From positions 672,001-736,000 of the forward strand of contig OZ241855.1 of assembly GCA_965202785.1 (NCBI GenBank): a stretch of 64,000 nucleotides of DNA, given 5' to 3'. Under the pieces are notes generated by a model that saw only the letters and a program-made list of their open reading frames with translations, had not been told where the DNA came from and searched no databases. Shown one piece after another: positions 1-10,500 of this stretch. The position numbers and the translations under genes are program-made. The first letter of the stretch is position 1, and each line of letters starts with the position of its first letter. This DNA comes from Thermodesulfobacteriota bacterium. GTDB taxonomy: Bacteria; Desulfobacterota_D; UBA1144; Nemesobacterales; Nemesobacteraceae.

Positions 1-933
1 GCCCGTGGAATGTATGAATCCCTCGGGGCTTCCGGAACCCGAAGCCGTGGTAGGAAACCCCCGCTCCGTGAAGAAACCGATTACCGCGCCGTGCACGTCC
101 TTTGATCTCACGCCGTCTTTTATCATGGAAAGCGCGATTTTCTGGCCGCGCAAAACGGTATCGTACATTCTCAAAAGTTCAGCCGAGGGCTCGCCCTTAA
201 CAACCGTTCTCGTCATATCGCCGAAATAGCCGTTCTCCTGGGACCTCGGGAAAATATCGATCACCACCGGCCATCCGGCCTTAAGAGGCCCCGAGCCCTT
301 CTCGTGCGGCATGGATCCCTGAACCCCTCCGGCCACTATAGTGTTCGAAGCCAGATACCCCCGTTCGGCAAGATAGGAGCTTATGGAGGAGCGCACTATC
401 TCGGAGGTAAGGGGCTTGCCCTCACGGTAAAGCACGGAACCCTTCACCTCTGAATCCGATATAATTGAAATAGCAATCCTCATGGCCCATGCCGTAGAGT
501 AAAGCGCCTTCTTTATGAGTGAAACTTCCGCCGGGGACTTCCTGAGACGCCCGGGAAAAAGAAAATCCGTTTTCGCGGTCCTGACGAAAAAACCGGCTCC
601 CCGAAGCGCGTCGGCATAGGAAACCGGAAAGTATCTCTGGACAACCAGGCTCCTTATTCCTCTTTCCCTGAGAATTGCCGCGGCCACCTCGGCAATACCG
701 GGCCTTTTTCTCTTGCCGCCGCGAATCCTGGCAACCCACTCCCCGAGTGAGACGACCCGTTCTACCCTTGCCTCTTTTTTGCCCCGCTCAAGTTCAAGGT
801 CGCTGAGAACCAGTGTTCCTTCCCCGTCGTGTTCGAAAAAAATAACGGGGTCCGGAACGAAAAAACCGGTTCTGTGGTAAAGATCGGAATTGCGCTCGCT
901 CGAATCGATTATAAGGTAGGCCGTTTTGCTCAC
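1..933 (-). CDS. M24-family aminopeptidase (Xaa-Pro peptidase-like), 3' end outside window
   Basis: Not in ORF track (no stop in window). Hand translation from GTG at 933: MSKTAYLIIDSSERNSDLY...SMPHEKG...VVIDIFP...GYFGDMTRT...GFIHSTG, which are M24 metal-ligand motifs. Confidence 0.88.
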   Translation of the reverse strand, partial: MSKTAYLIIDSSERNSDLYHRTGFFVPDPVIFFEHDGEGTLVLSDLELERGKKEARVERVVSLGEWVARIRGGKRKRPGIAEVAAAILRERGIRSLVVQRYFPVSYADALRGAGFFVRTAKTDFLFPGRLRKSPAEVSLIKKALYSTAWAMRIAISIISDSEVKGSVLYREGKPLTSEIVRSSISSYLAERGYLASNTIVAGGVQGSMPHEKGSGPLKAGWPVVIDIFPRSQENGYFGDMTRTVVKGEPSAELLRMYDTVLRGQKIALSMIKDGVRSKDVHGAVIGFFTERGFPTTASGSGSPEGFIHSTG

Positions 934-1076
934 GCCGAAAACTATACAGTAAACCTGGGCAGCCGGGCAAACCAGCGGCGCTGCTTACCGCCTACGCTTT
1001 GACAATCGCCCCCGGCAGATGTATTTTGTTGATGGAGTGGTAAAAGAAATTTACACTGCGAGGAGGCAGAGGAAAT

Positions 1077-1400
1077 ATGTTTTCCGTAACCCCCAAAGCC
1101 GTAGATGAAATAAAAAGGCTGCTTGCCGAAGACGACATAGAAAACGCGTTTCTCAGGGTAAGGATAGTGCCCGGGGGCTGTTCCGGGTTTTCCTACGAGA
1201 TGGGATTTGACGACGAGACCGATGAAGGAGACAACTTGATCGAGTCCGACGGCATAAAGGTCGCTATCGACGAGATCAGCTATACCTATCTCGACGGATC
1301 GGTTCTTGATTTCAAGGACGGTCTGGAGGGAAAGGGCTTTGCGATCGAAAACCCTAACGCGACTGGTTCCTGCGGCTGCGGACAGTCTTTCAACGCATAG
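1077..1400 (+). CDS. Fe-S cluster assembly A-type carrier (IscA/ErpA/HesB family)
   Basis: GGCSGFSY and C-terminal CGCGQSF motifs; purine-rich RBS upstream. Confidence 0.95.
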   Translation: MFSVTPKAVDEIKRLLAEDDIENAFLRVRIVPGGCSGFSYEMGFDDETDEGDNLIESDGIKVAIDEISYTYLDGSVLDFKDGLEGKGFAIENPNATGSCGCGQSFNA

Positions 1401-1672
1401 AAAAATCCGCAATATCCAGATTTTCCCCACAAAACCTTTGTCGGATCCCGCGGCGAATCCTGGCGCGGAGGATTCATTGAATGTGGATCGGCCGGAAAAG
1501 CAGGCTTTTTGTCTGTGAGGCGTTGTGTGGGGCAGCGGATCATGGTTTCTGTATTCGCAAAAAACCGCAGAAACCAGATTCTCGGAAAAACGGATTCTTT
1601 TTCGGATAAACAAATTTGATTATATAATTATACAGGTAGCAAGCCTGCTAAGCAGTCAGCACAGAGTACATC

Positions 1673-3520
1673 ATGGCATCAACGGCAAAAATACTTCAGG
1701 CCCACGAAGAGGCAAAGAGCTACGACAGGATCAAGTCAAAACACCTGATCGGAACCATCTTCACCGACTTCACTCCTTGGAACAAGCTCTACGGATTCAG
1801 AAACTTTATCCACGCTCCTTCAGGGAAGAAAATCGAGTTCGCCAACGATCCCGCCGTCATAGTAGGCACCGCAGTGTTCAAGGGCACCGGGGAGGAAGTG
1901 GCCATAATAGCCCAGCAGACCCCCTCGAGCGAAAAGGAAAGAACTACGCTTAACTACGGAATGGTCAAGGCCGACGGCTACGGGCTGTCTTTGTGCATGA
2001 TGGAATACGCAGAGCAGCACCGTCTCAAGCTCTACACGTTCATCGACACCATTGGCGGAGATCCCTATGAATACTCGGCCGAGAAGCTTCAGTCCTGGCT
2101 GATTTCCTACTGTCAGTCAAAGATGATTTCCATAAGAACGAAAACAATAACCACGGTGCTCGGGCTCGGGGGAAGCGGCGGCGCGATCGCCATACAGCTG
2201 GGGCACAGAAGGCTTATGCTCTCGCGAGCCGAATATTCCGTAATAACGGCCGAAGGCTGCTCCGCCATTCTCTTCAGAAGCGCGGACAAAGTAGCAGAAG
2301 CGCTTGAGGTGCTGCAGCCCACGGCAACCCACATGAAGAAATACGGGATAATAGACGAGATAGTAAAAGAGGCTCCTCTCAGAAGAAACAACTACATCCC
2401 CTCGACCCTGAAGAACCTGCAGGCATCCCTGGCCGCCGCCTCCAAGGAACTTGACCGCTTCGACATCAGGCACCTGCGCCAGGAGCTGCGCAGGAAAATC
2501 GAGAGGTGCGGACGGATAAAAAAGCAGCAGAGAATCTACGGGGGAATCGCAAAGAAAATAAAGGCCTGGCTCCCCAACTACTTCAGCGGAAGAAAGGAAA
2601 ATCCCGACATCTCGGAAATGCAGATAGCCATCTACGGATCGGAACCCCACTTCTGCAACGACGAAAAAGACGGCCAGGGGAAAATCATACGCCCCGGCTG
2701 CAAGAAACAGCTTACGAAAAAGGAACTGCACGCGAACAATTCCTCGTGTCCTTACTGCCACCGCCCCGAAGCGCTCAGTTCCGATGATTATCTGGACTTT
2801 CTTCTGGACGAGGCATCCTTCCACGAAATAGAACCAGGACTTTCACTCGAAGATGTGGATTCGGTCTACAAGTTCTTTAACTATTCGTCTTCAATACAGA
2901 AGCTCGCCGGGAAAACCGACTCCAAGGATTCCCTCGTAACGGGCTACGGGACCATGTTCGGCATACCCGTGGCGGTCGCGGTCTGCGACTTCCGTTTCAT
3001 GGGCGGGTCAATGAGTTCCGTTTTCGGCGAGAAGATGAACAGGGTCGTCAGCTACGCCATAGAAAACAGGCTTCCCCTGATAACGATAACGGTAAGCGGA
3101 GGGGCCCGGATGCAGGAAGGCACCGTGGCGCTCTACCAGATGGCGAAAACCATATCAGCGATTATGAGGCTTAAGGAACACGGGCTTCCGAACATCTCCA
3201 TACTCGGCCATCCGACAACCGGAGGAGCCCTTGCGAGCTACTCGGTCCAGGGAGATTTTATAATAGCGGAGAAAAAAGCGACAATCGCATTTGCCGGGGA
3301 CCGCGTCGTGAAGCTCACAAGCGGCGGACGCGGGGTCGATCCGAAAATAATGTCCTCTGAGTTCTACGAGGAAAGCGGCGGCGTTCACTTGGTAGTCGAA
3401 AGAAGCAAGATAAAACCCGCGATCTCCGGGCTGCTTAAATTCAGGGGTTTTAAAAACAGTCTGGACACCGGGACATTTCACCAGCACTCGGACGACAAGT
3501 TTGAAGACGACTGGCTTTAG
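1673..3520 (+). CDS. Acetyl-CoA carboxylase-type carboxyltransferase, fused alpha (N-term) + beta (C-term) domains
   Basis: N-half AccA motifs (TFIDT, GGSGGAIA, YSVITAEGCSAIL, GIIDEIV); C-half AccD motifs (Cys4 finger, DFRFMGGSM, SGGARMQEG, PTTGG, AFAGDRV). Confidence 0.85.
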   Translation: MASTAKILQAHEEAKSYDRIKSKHLIGTIFTDFTPWNKLYGFRNFIHAPSGKKIEFANDPAVIVGTAVFKGTGEEVAIIAQQTPSSEKERTTLNYGMVKADGYGLSLCMMEYAEQHRLKLYTFIDTIGGDPYEYSAEKLQSWLISYCQSKMISIRTKTITTVLGLGGSGGAIAIQLGHRRLMLSRAEYSVITAEGCSAILFRSADKVAEALEVLQPTATHMKKYGIIDEIVKEAPLRRNNYIPSTLKNLQASLAAASKELDRFDIRHLRQELRRKIERCGRIKKQQRIYGGIAKKIKAWLPNYFSGRKENPDISEMQIAIYGSEPHFCNDEKDGQGKIIRPGCKKQLTKKELHANNSSCPYCHRPEALSSDDYLDFLLDEASFHEIEPGLSLEDVDSVYKFFNYSSSIQKLAGKTDSKDSLVTGYGTMFGIPVAVAVCDFRFMGGSMSSVFGEKMNRVVSYAIENRLPLITITVSGGARMQEGTVALYQMAKTISAIMRLKEHGLPNISILGHPTTGGALASYSVQGDFIIAEKKATIAFAGDRVVKLTSGGRGVDPKIMSSEFYEESGGVHLVVERSKIKPAISGLLKFRGFKNSLDTGTFHQHSDDKFEDDWL

Positions 3521-3526
3521 CGCGGA

Positions 3527-5314
3527 CTACCGTACCGCCGTTATCCTCCCTTCGCCGCCCGGTGGATAGTCATCGGCAGATATCAGGCCGCCAAGGGTAT
3601 CCCTTATGAAACGAAACAGGGACTGCTGGTACGATACCCCGAGGACATTGAAGTCCGCGTCCCCGAACGGATACTGGTCGCCTCCTCTGGCAAGAAAATC
3701 AACGGTGACGACATCTATGTCGGGAGCTGATCCGTTCACTACGCCGCCCCTGACAAGAACCGGGCCGTTCTCAATCTCGACATCGACCACCCTGGAGCCG
3801 GCCACCGCGATGTTTCCGTCGGCATCGATAACCTGCGCCGTGCCGTCCGGGTCGTAAGTGAATCTGAATCCCGCGACCTGGACGAACCTTCCGTCCAGGT
3901 GATCGACGTTCGATACGGCGTTTTCGAGAATCGCCTTGAACCGCGAAGGACTTACGCCGGGAACGACAGCCACGAAGTTCGGAAACGGAAGCACGGAAAA
4001 GGTGTCAAGCTCCGTTACATCCCCGGCTACTATGACGGAGCTGTTCCGTATGCCGCCGCCGTTCTGAAGGGCTACTGTCCACGTGCTACGCGCTGCGCTT
4101 TCCATCCGCCTCACGGTCTCAAGGAGCGCGTCGGCAACCAAATTGCCCAGATTGGTTTCCCGCGTCCTCACGTGAGCCCTGAGTCCGTTCAGACCCACTT
4201 CGCTTTTCCCGATTACGTTTGAGCGAAGGGAGGCAACCGATTCCCGTACCGGATCCTCAACTTGCGCCGAGATGTCCGGATCCCCCGCCACGGCGTCGTC
4301 TTTCTCCCCTCCCACGACCCTTACTGGGGAACTTTCGGGATCGACGGAGAGCAGGTCCCCTTCCCCGTCAAAATGAAGGATGATTCTCCCTACATACCTG
4401 TAGCCGCCTCCTGTCGTCACGATCGGAATTTTTCTTCCGGCAGCGTCTTCTGTAATAAGGGGATAGGGACCGAATATATCGTCCTTGCCGTCATCGGGGT
4501 GAAGCAGGTCGCCGTCGTTGGCCAGAAGTTCGTTGCCGCCGCCCGCTATGATGAGGTCGGCTCCTCTCAGCCGCCCGGCGAGACCAATATCCTCCTCAAC
4601 CGACTGCAAGTGGCTCAGAATGATGATTACGCCTGCCCCGCGATTTTCCAAGCGGTCGATCTCCCGCTGAACCGCGGCGGCGACGTCACGGTCCACCCTT
4701 ACGTTTCCCGGAGATGATAGGAATGGGAGATACGGGGTTGTCGCTCCCACAATGCCGACCTTTTTTCCGTTCACATCCAAAACGACCGAAGGAGCGACGG
4801 ACCCTCTGTCCACAAGATCGGAGAGAACGGTTTCTCCCGAGAAATCAAGGTTCGCGCTTAGAAAAGGCGCATCGCCGCCGAATGCGGCTATGAACCTAGC
4901 CAGAAAATCCGCCCCGAAATCAAACTCATGGTTCCCGATGCAAAGCGCGTCGTAACCGATCAGGCGAAGACCCAGCGCGTCGAATACGGTCGTTTCTTCC
5001 CGGAAGCTCGCGTTTAACTCCGGGCCCGCGAGAAAATTATCGCCGGAGGAAAGAAGAACCGCGCCCCGCTTGCCGGTTCCGCCCGACCGCAGGGCCTCTT
5101 CCCTAAGGTTCTTAACCACGGTGGCAAATCTCGCGATGCCGCTTGTCTCGTCAATCAGGTTGGATTCCCCGTCGTTGCTGTGCAGGACCGTGAGCGTGAA
5201 AACGTCTCGCCCGCCGTTCCCGCACGCCGCGGCCAGCGCGGCCAGCAGGACCAGAAGAAGCGGCGCGAAGAAAAGTCTCGCGGAACCGAAGCCGGTTTTC
5301 TTGCGAGATGACAT
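3527..5314 (-). CDS. 5'-nucleotidase/metallophosphoesterase lipoprotein (UshA-like)
   Basis: LHSND, SSGDNF, GNHEFD, LSAN, ETNLGNLVADA, NGGGIR motifs; lipobox LAAAC. Confidence 0.92.
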   Translation of the reverse strand: MSSRKKTGFGSARLFFAPLLLVLLAALAAACGNGGRDVFTLTVLHSNDGESNLIDETSGIARFATVVKNLREEALRSGGTGKRGAVLLSSGDNFLAGPELNASFREETTVFDALGLRLIGYDALCIGNHEFDFGADFLARFIAAFGGDAPFLSANLDFSGETVLSDLVDRGSVAPSVVLDVNGKKVGIVGATTPYLPFLSSPGNVRVDRDVAAAVQREIDRLENRGAGVIIILSHLQSVEEDIGLAGRLRGADLIIAGGGNELLANDGDLLHPDDGKDDIFGPYPLITEDAAGRKIPIVTTGGGYRYVGRIILHFDGEGDLLSVDPESSPVRVVGGEKDDAVAGDPDISAQVEDPVRESVASLRSNVIGKSEVGLNGLRAHVRTRETNLGNLVADALLETVRRMESAARSTWTVALQNGGGIRNSSVIVAGDVTELDTFSVLPFPNFVAVVPGVSPSRFKAILENAVSNVDHLDGRFVQVAGFRFTYDPDGTAQVIDADGNIAVAGSRVVDVEIENGPVLVRGGVVNGSAPDIDVVTVDFLARGGDQYPFGDADFNVLGVSYQQSLFRFIRDTLGGLISADDYPPGGEGRITAVR

Positions 5315-5330
5315 TATCTCTTCCCCCGCG

Positions 5331-5942
5331 TTACGTGGCCTGTGGGGAGCCGGGCTTTTCTGAGTAGGTACCGTCCAGTCCCATTATTTTTGAAATTTCC
5401 TCGGGAGAATCGAGTATCTCCCCCTTGCCCATCTTGTAAAGAAAGTTCGCGTTGTCCCTCGGGGCGTCGCTTTTTACGTTCGGGTCGAAGAAAACCTCTT
5501 TGGTGTGAACGAGCCCCGCACGGTTATACGAAGAGAGCTCGTACTTCATTCCCATCCTGAGCGCGTCGCACGGGCAGGCCTCGACGCAGAAGCCGCAGAA
5601 AACGCAGCGCATGAAGTCTATGTTGTATACCTTCGGCCTTCTCTCGATTCCGTAATCGTCCGCGGGTTCCGAAACTATGGAGATAGCCTGGGTGGGGCAC
5701 GCGATCTCGCAGAGCTTGCACGCAACGCACCTTATCTCGCCTTCGTCATCGGCAGGCATCACGTGAAGTCCCCGGTAGTTCTCGGGAAGCGCCTTTACCT
5801 CCTCGGGGTATTTCACGGTTATCGGCTGGTGCCGCGTGATGTGCCTTATGGTGATCATAAGGCCCTTCAGCACCTGGGGAATGTAAAGCTTCTCCCAGAA
5901 GGAAAGCCGCGGCCGCTTGAGCACTTTTACGTTTATCGCCAT
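5331..5942 (-). CDS. nuoI: NADH-quinone oxidoreductase subunit I
   Basis: TVKYPEE...YRGLH plus two CxxCxxCxxxCP motifs; ATG 5942 preferred to TTG 5951. Confidence 0.9.
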   Translation of the reverse strand: MAINVKVLKRPRLSFWEKLYIPQVLKGLMITIRHITRHQPITVKYPEEVKALPENYRGLHVMPADDEGEIRCVACKLCEIACPTQAISIVSEPADDYGIERRPKVYNIDFMRCVFCGFCVEACPCDALRMGMKYELSSYNRAGLVHTKEVFFDPNVKSDAPRDNANFLYKMGKGEILDSPEEISKIMGLDGTYSEKPGSPQAT

Positions 5943-5985
5943 AGCAATCAACTATATACCACAGAAAAGAAAAATACTGAACCCC

Positions 5986-7728
5986 CTAGCGGAAAAAACT
6001 GTGGCGACGACGAAGAATGAGGACAAGCGAAACCACCGAGACCAAAAGAAGCCAGAGTGCGCTTTCGCCGTCTCCCAGAGCTAGCTTGCCAGCCCCTATC
6101 ATTAAACAGAGCAGGAAAGACACGACAAGCGACCAGTTAAGAAAGACCGAAGAAAAAACTCCCCGCTCCCGCGCAACCCCAGCCCTCCTCCGCACGGGCG
6201 ACCAGAGTCCCGGGGGCCTCACCCTCGAGTAGAATGCCGAGAGTTTTTCCCAAGACTCGGGAGCGGTGGCGAAAGTGGCCGCAACCCAGCAAGTTATCGA
6301 GACGGGAACGACAAGTATCTGGTGGCGCAGCTCCAGCGGAATTCCCTTCGCCTCGGTGTAGAGAATCAGAACCAGTATAGTCGCAAGCGACGATGCAAGC
6401 GCCACTATCTCGCTCCAGGCGTTTATCCTCCACCAAAACCACCTCAGTATAAGCACGAGGCCGATTCCCGAACTCATCGCCCAGAGAAATATCCAGGCAT
6501 CCCCTATGTTCTTTATCTGAAGCGCCACAACTCCCGCGATGACGGCAAGAACGACGGTAGCGATTCTTGAGACCCGCACGTAATGGCGCTGCGGGGCGCT
6601 TTGGCGCACGAACCTTCTGTAGAGGTCGTTCACGAGGTACGACGCGCCCCAGTTAAGGTGAGTGGAAACCGTCGACATAAACGCCGCGAGAAAGGAAACC
6701 AGCAGAAGGCCTCGAAGACCCGGCGGGAGAAAATCTCTTATCATAACCAGGTAAACCGACTCATCATCCCCGCCTGCCACCCCCGCCGCTTCGGGAAAGA
6801 TCACGACTGACGCCAAGGCCACAAGAACCCACGGCCAGAGGCGAAGCACGTAATGGTTAACCGCGAACCAGGCGGTGCCCGCAAGTGCATGTCTCTCGTT
6901 TTTCGCAGAACAGAGACGCTGTATGAAATACCCTCCCCCGTCTGCGTTGTGGGAAGACCACCAGACGACGGTCATGAAGATAAGGAAGGTGAAAAAATCG
7001 GAGGAGAAAAACTCCTGCCCCGCGGTGGGCTGAGTGATGAACATGGAAGTCTGCTCCGGGGGAAGTTCCGCTATTTTGCTTACGAACTGGCTGTACCCTC
7101 CGACCGCGTCAGAATTTATGACTACGACGGCGAGTATGATCGTGCCGCCGAGCGCTATCGCGTACTGCACGAAATCCGTTATCACAACTCCCCAGAGCCC
7201 GGAGAAAACAGTATAAACAAGCACGATTCCAACGCAGAGCGAAACGGCGTATATCTGCCCGACTCCGAAAAAGACCTCGAACACCTTGGTCATAGCGGTG
7301 ATCACCCACCCCATGACTATGAAATTGAAAATTGTCGAGAAATAAAACGCCTTGAAACCGCGGAGAAACGCCGCGGGGCGGCCCCCGTAGCGAAGTTCTA
7401 TGAGCTCGTTGTCGGTTATCACCTCCGCCCTTCTCCAGAGTCTTGAGAAAACCACTATCACAAGCGCGTGGCTGAAGATGTAGTTCCACCAGAACCAGTT
7501 CTTCCATATCCCCTCGGTTCTTATCCACCCCGTTATGGCAAGGGGGGTGTCGGCGGCGAAAGTGGTGGCGACCATAGAGGTTCCAAGAAGCCACCAGGGA
7601 AGCCCGCGTCCCGAAACAAAATAGTCTGAAAGACTCCCGGACGCTCTCCTTGAAAAATAAAAACCGACTCCCAGGGAAAAAACCAGGTAGAGACCCACGA
7701 GCGCCCAGTCTACGGCGTAGAGTTTCAT
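5986..7728 (-). CDS. Sodium:solute symporter (SSS) family transporter
   Basis: Many TM segments; DYFVSGRGLPWW, SGLWGVVITDFVQ, LAAFMSTVSTHLN motifs; start overlaps nagZ stop (ATGA). Confidence 0.93.
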   Translation of the reverse strand: MKLYAVDWALVGLYLVFSLGVGFYFSRRASGSLSDYFVSGRGLPWWLLGTSMVATTFAADTPLAITGWIRTEGIWKNWFWWNYIFSHALVIVVFSRLWRRAEVITDNELIELRYGGRPAAFLRGFKAFYFSTIFNFIVMGWVITAMTKVFEVFFGVGQIYAVSLCVGIVLVYTVFSGLWGVVITDFVQYAIALGGTIILAVVVINSDAVGGYSQFVSKIAELPPEQTSMFITQPTAGQEFFSSDFFTFLIFMTVVWWSSHNADGGGYFIQRLCSAKNERHALAGTAWFAVNHYVLRLWPWVLVALASVVIFPEAAGVAGGDDESVYLVMIRDFLPPGLRGLLLVSFLAAFMSTVSTHLNWGASYLVNDLYRRFVRQSAPQRHYVRVSRIATVVLAVIAGVVALQIKNIGDAWIFLWAMSSGIGLVLILRWFWWRINAWSEIVALASSLATILVLILYTEAKGIPLELRHQILVVPVSITCWVAATFATAPESWEKLSAFYSRVRPPGLWSPVRRRAGVARERGVFSSVFLNWSLVVSFLLCLMIGAGKLALGDGESALWLLLVSVVSLVLILRRRHSFFR

Positions 7729-9239
7729 GGCGTTATTTTCACCGGAAGCCTTGCCGTGGAAGACCTATCTCCCGTGAGAATCTCCGCAGCAGCCCTGCCC
7801 GCCGTGCGCGAGGAGTCGAAAAGCGAGATAACGGTATCGAAAAAGGTAAACTCGGCCGCGGGATAAGGAGACCCGAAGGTAAGCAGAATCTTCTCGCCCG
7901 AAAAAGAGGAGAAGCCGTTTACGTAATCGATTATCTCCGGGGGAATAACGCAGTTCTCAGTCCAGCCCGCGGGCGCGACCGAAAAAACGCACACAAGCGA
8001 AGAGTCACCATGAAGCCGCGGAGTCTCGGGCCAGCAAAAAAGCTTCTCTGCCCTTACGCCTCCCCCGGAGAACCCTTCACAAAGCCCGCCCAGAAGCTCT
8101 TCTGCCTCATCTGTGCCGAAGTGGAAAACCGAGACCTCTCCGCCGGAGAGAACCCCTCCTCTCAGAACGCAGACAGAGCGGCTGGAGATTTCCCTTGCGT
8201 CTTCTGCGTTTCTCTCAAAATCGGGGACGCTTCTCTCTTCGCCGTCCGAGGCGAAAAGCTTTTTCGCGTAGAATATCCTGGAAAGAGACTCTCCCCGCGC
8301 GGGGTCCTGAAAAAAATCTCCCTCCGCGCATTTTTCAAGGAAGCCCTCGGGATCCCTGGGATCCAGAACGATATCAACTCCGCTTGCTATGGCGGCCAGA
8401 ATGTTTTCCTCCTCTCGTTCCTCTCCCCCTAGGGCGTCCATCCTGAAGGAATCGGAAACAACCAGGCCGCTGAATCCCAGCTTTCCGCGCAGGAGGGCAC
8501 GCAGAACTGGCTCTGAGAGGGTGGCAGGTCCGAGCGGGTCGAGGGAGGGGAAGCATACATGAGCCGGCATCAAGCAGTGAAGCCTTTTCGCAATCGCTTC
8601 CCGGAAAGGCGCAATATCCGATTTTGCGAGTTGCTCGAGGGATTTTTCGACGCTTGGGAGGCAAGCGTGGGAATCCTCTAGGGTGGCGCCGTGGCCGGGA
8701 AAATGTTTCGCGCAGGCAAGCACCCCCTCTTTCTGCAGGGTTTCCGCGAAGGCACTTCCCAGTTTTGAAACGACTGTAGGGTCATCCGAGAACGCCCTTA
8801 CGTTTATTATCGGGTTTCGGGGCTCGGTATTTACGTCAAGAACCGGGGCGAAGGCCAAATTAAGCCCGCAATACTTCATCTCCCGGGCGGTTATAACGGC
8901 CTGGCGTCTCAGGGCCTCCTCGTCGTCTATCGCCCCCTGGGCCATCGCGAAAGGAAAAAGGGTCGCCCCGGAAACACGCTGACCGAGGCCCCTTTCGACG
9001 TCGCAGCCGAAAAAAAGCGGGAACTCGGAGAGAGCCGCAAGCCTCCGCGTGGTCTCCCTCACCCACTCGACATCCCCATTGAATATTATGAAACCGCAGA
9101 CGCAGAAATCCCGCGCGAGACGCTCCGCCCGTTTGACCGAGCCGGGGTCCTGGAAATCGATTCTCGGCATAATAAACTGCGCCGCGCGCCGGGACGCGGG
9201 GAGATCTTTTGACGAAAAAACGGCCGGATTCTCATACAT
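7725..9239 (-). CDS. nagZ: GH3 beta-N-acetylglucosaminidase (NagZ-type)
   Basis: FAPVLDVN...NPIINVRAF and the NagZ signature KHFPGHGxxxxDSH; nucleophile region VVSDSFRM. Confidence 0.85.
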   Translation of the reverse strand: MYENPAVFSSKDLPASRRAAQFIMPRIDFQDPGSVKRAERLARDFCVCGFIIFNGDVEWVRETTRRLAALSEFPLFFGCDVERGLGQRVSGATLFPFAMAQGAIDDEEALRRQAVITAREMKYCGLNLAFAPVLDVNTEPRNPIINVRAFSDDPTVVSKLGSAFAETLQKEGVLACAKHFPGHGATLEDSHACLPSVEKSLEQLAKSDIAPFREAIAKRLHCLMPAHVCFPSLDPLGPATLSEPVLRALLRGKLGFSGLVVSDSFRMDALGGEEREEENILAAIASGVDIVLDPRDPEGFLEKCAEGDFFQDPARGESLSRIFYAKKLFASDGEERSVPDFERNAEDAREISSRSVCVLRGGVLSGGEVSVFHFGTDEAEELLGGLCEGFSGGGVRAEKLFCWPETPRLHGDSSLVCVFSVAPAGWTENCVIPPEIIDYVNGFSSFSGEKILLTFGSPYPAAEFTFFDTVISLFDSSRTAGRAAAEILTGDRSSTARLPVKITP

Positions 9240-10419
9240 TTACTATGTTCTTCCCGATTGAGATTTTCCCCAGAACCGTGGCGTCCCGGGCTCCCGTGAC
9301 TTCCGGTACGTTCGCCCGGTTCCCGCATACGGTTTCATTCGCCAGCACAGCGAATCCCACGGCTTCCTTGGCATCCACGGGAATACCGTATTCATCCGAG
9401 AGGCAAAGCCGCTTCGGGGCAAGCTTTTCTCGAAGCCTCGCGACCATCTCCGGATTGTAGGCCCCTCCCCCGCTAAGTATGACTTCTCCCACGTCCGCAC
9501 GCGGGTAAACGAATCTCTCATAGGCAGCGACTATGGAGCAGGCTGTAAACTCGACAAGCGTGCGGAGAAGATCTGGCAGGGAGATGCGTTTTTTTTCCGT
9601 AAGCGAGAAAAGCCTCGCGACCATCTCCTCCCCGAAAAGCTCCCTGCCGGTCGATTTAGGGGGTTCTATGTCGAAGTAAGGATTTTTCATAAGACTGCGA
9701 AGAATATCTTCCTTGACCGAACCCTTCTTCGCTATCTCTCCGTCCTCGTCAAAGTTCTTTTCTCCCCCGGAGGCAAGGCGCGCCACCGAGTCGATCAGGG
9801 AATTGCCGGGACCCGTATCAAACGCCAGGAGTTCCTCGCGCTTTCCCGTAACCAGAGTGCAGTTGGAAATGCCTCCTATGTTCTGGGCGATTATGTTTTT
9901 CCCGGTCCCGGAGAACAGCAGGTAATCCACGTAGGGCATAAGGGGAGCGCCTTCTCCGCCGGCCGCCACATCCCTAGTCCTGAAATCTCCCACAGTGGTA
10001 ATTCCCGTTGCCTCGCAGATAACGTCGGCTTCGCCGAGCTGGAGAGTCGAGGAAACGGTTCCCCCGAGAGAGGGCGGGTTGTGAAAAACCGTCTGACCGT
10101 GGGTACCCACCAAATCCACGTCGGTCGTTTTCAGGGAGGCTTTGCGGAGAAGATCAAACACTGCGGCGGCAAACTCCTGGCCGAGGAGGAAATTCAGGTC
10201 GGAGACCGAACCGGCGTTTAGGGAACCGACTGAGAGAAGAAGCTTTCTGGCGGCATCCGAGTATTCCCGACAGATAAAGTCTTCGATCCATACTTCGGTA
10301 TCCTCCCCCGAACCGCTAATTCTCACCAGCGCCGCGTCGATGCCGTCCATCGAAGTCCCGGAGATGAGACCGATGATCAGTTTTTCCTTTTTCGAAATTA
10401 TCGGATGAAGCCAGTTCAC
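9232..10419 (-). CDS. anmK: Anhydro-N-acetylmuramic acid kinase
   Basis: IGLISGTSMDGID, HGQTVFH, DFR..DVAAGGEGAPL, NIGGISN, FDTGPGN, PPKSTGRE, KEA motifs. Confidence 0.97.
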   Translation of the reverse strand: MNWLHPIISKKEKLIIGLISGTSMDGIDAALVRISGSGEDTEVWIEDFICREYSDAARKLLLSVGSLNAGSVSDLNFLLGQEFAAAVFDLLRKASLKTTDVDLVGTHGQTVFHNPPSLGGTVSSTLQLGEADVICEATGITTVGDFRTRDVAAGGEGAPLMPYVDYLLFSGTGKNIIAQNIGGISNCTLVTGKREELLAFDTGPGNSLIDSVARLASGGEKNFDEDGEIAKKGSVKEDILRSLMKNPYFDIEPPKSTGRELFGEEMVARLFSLTEKKRISLPDLLRTLVEFTACSIVAAYERFVYPRADVGEVILSGGGAYNPEMVARLREKLAPKRLCLSDEYGIPVDAKEAVGFAVLANETVCGNRANVPEVTGARDATVLGKISIGKNIVNV

Positions 10420-10500
10420 GGGGAAAAAGCTACCTGATAGAGCAGCGGTTTAGCAGGCAAATTCCTCAAGCGCACACACTATTGTTCCCAAAGCTCCTTT

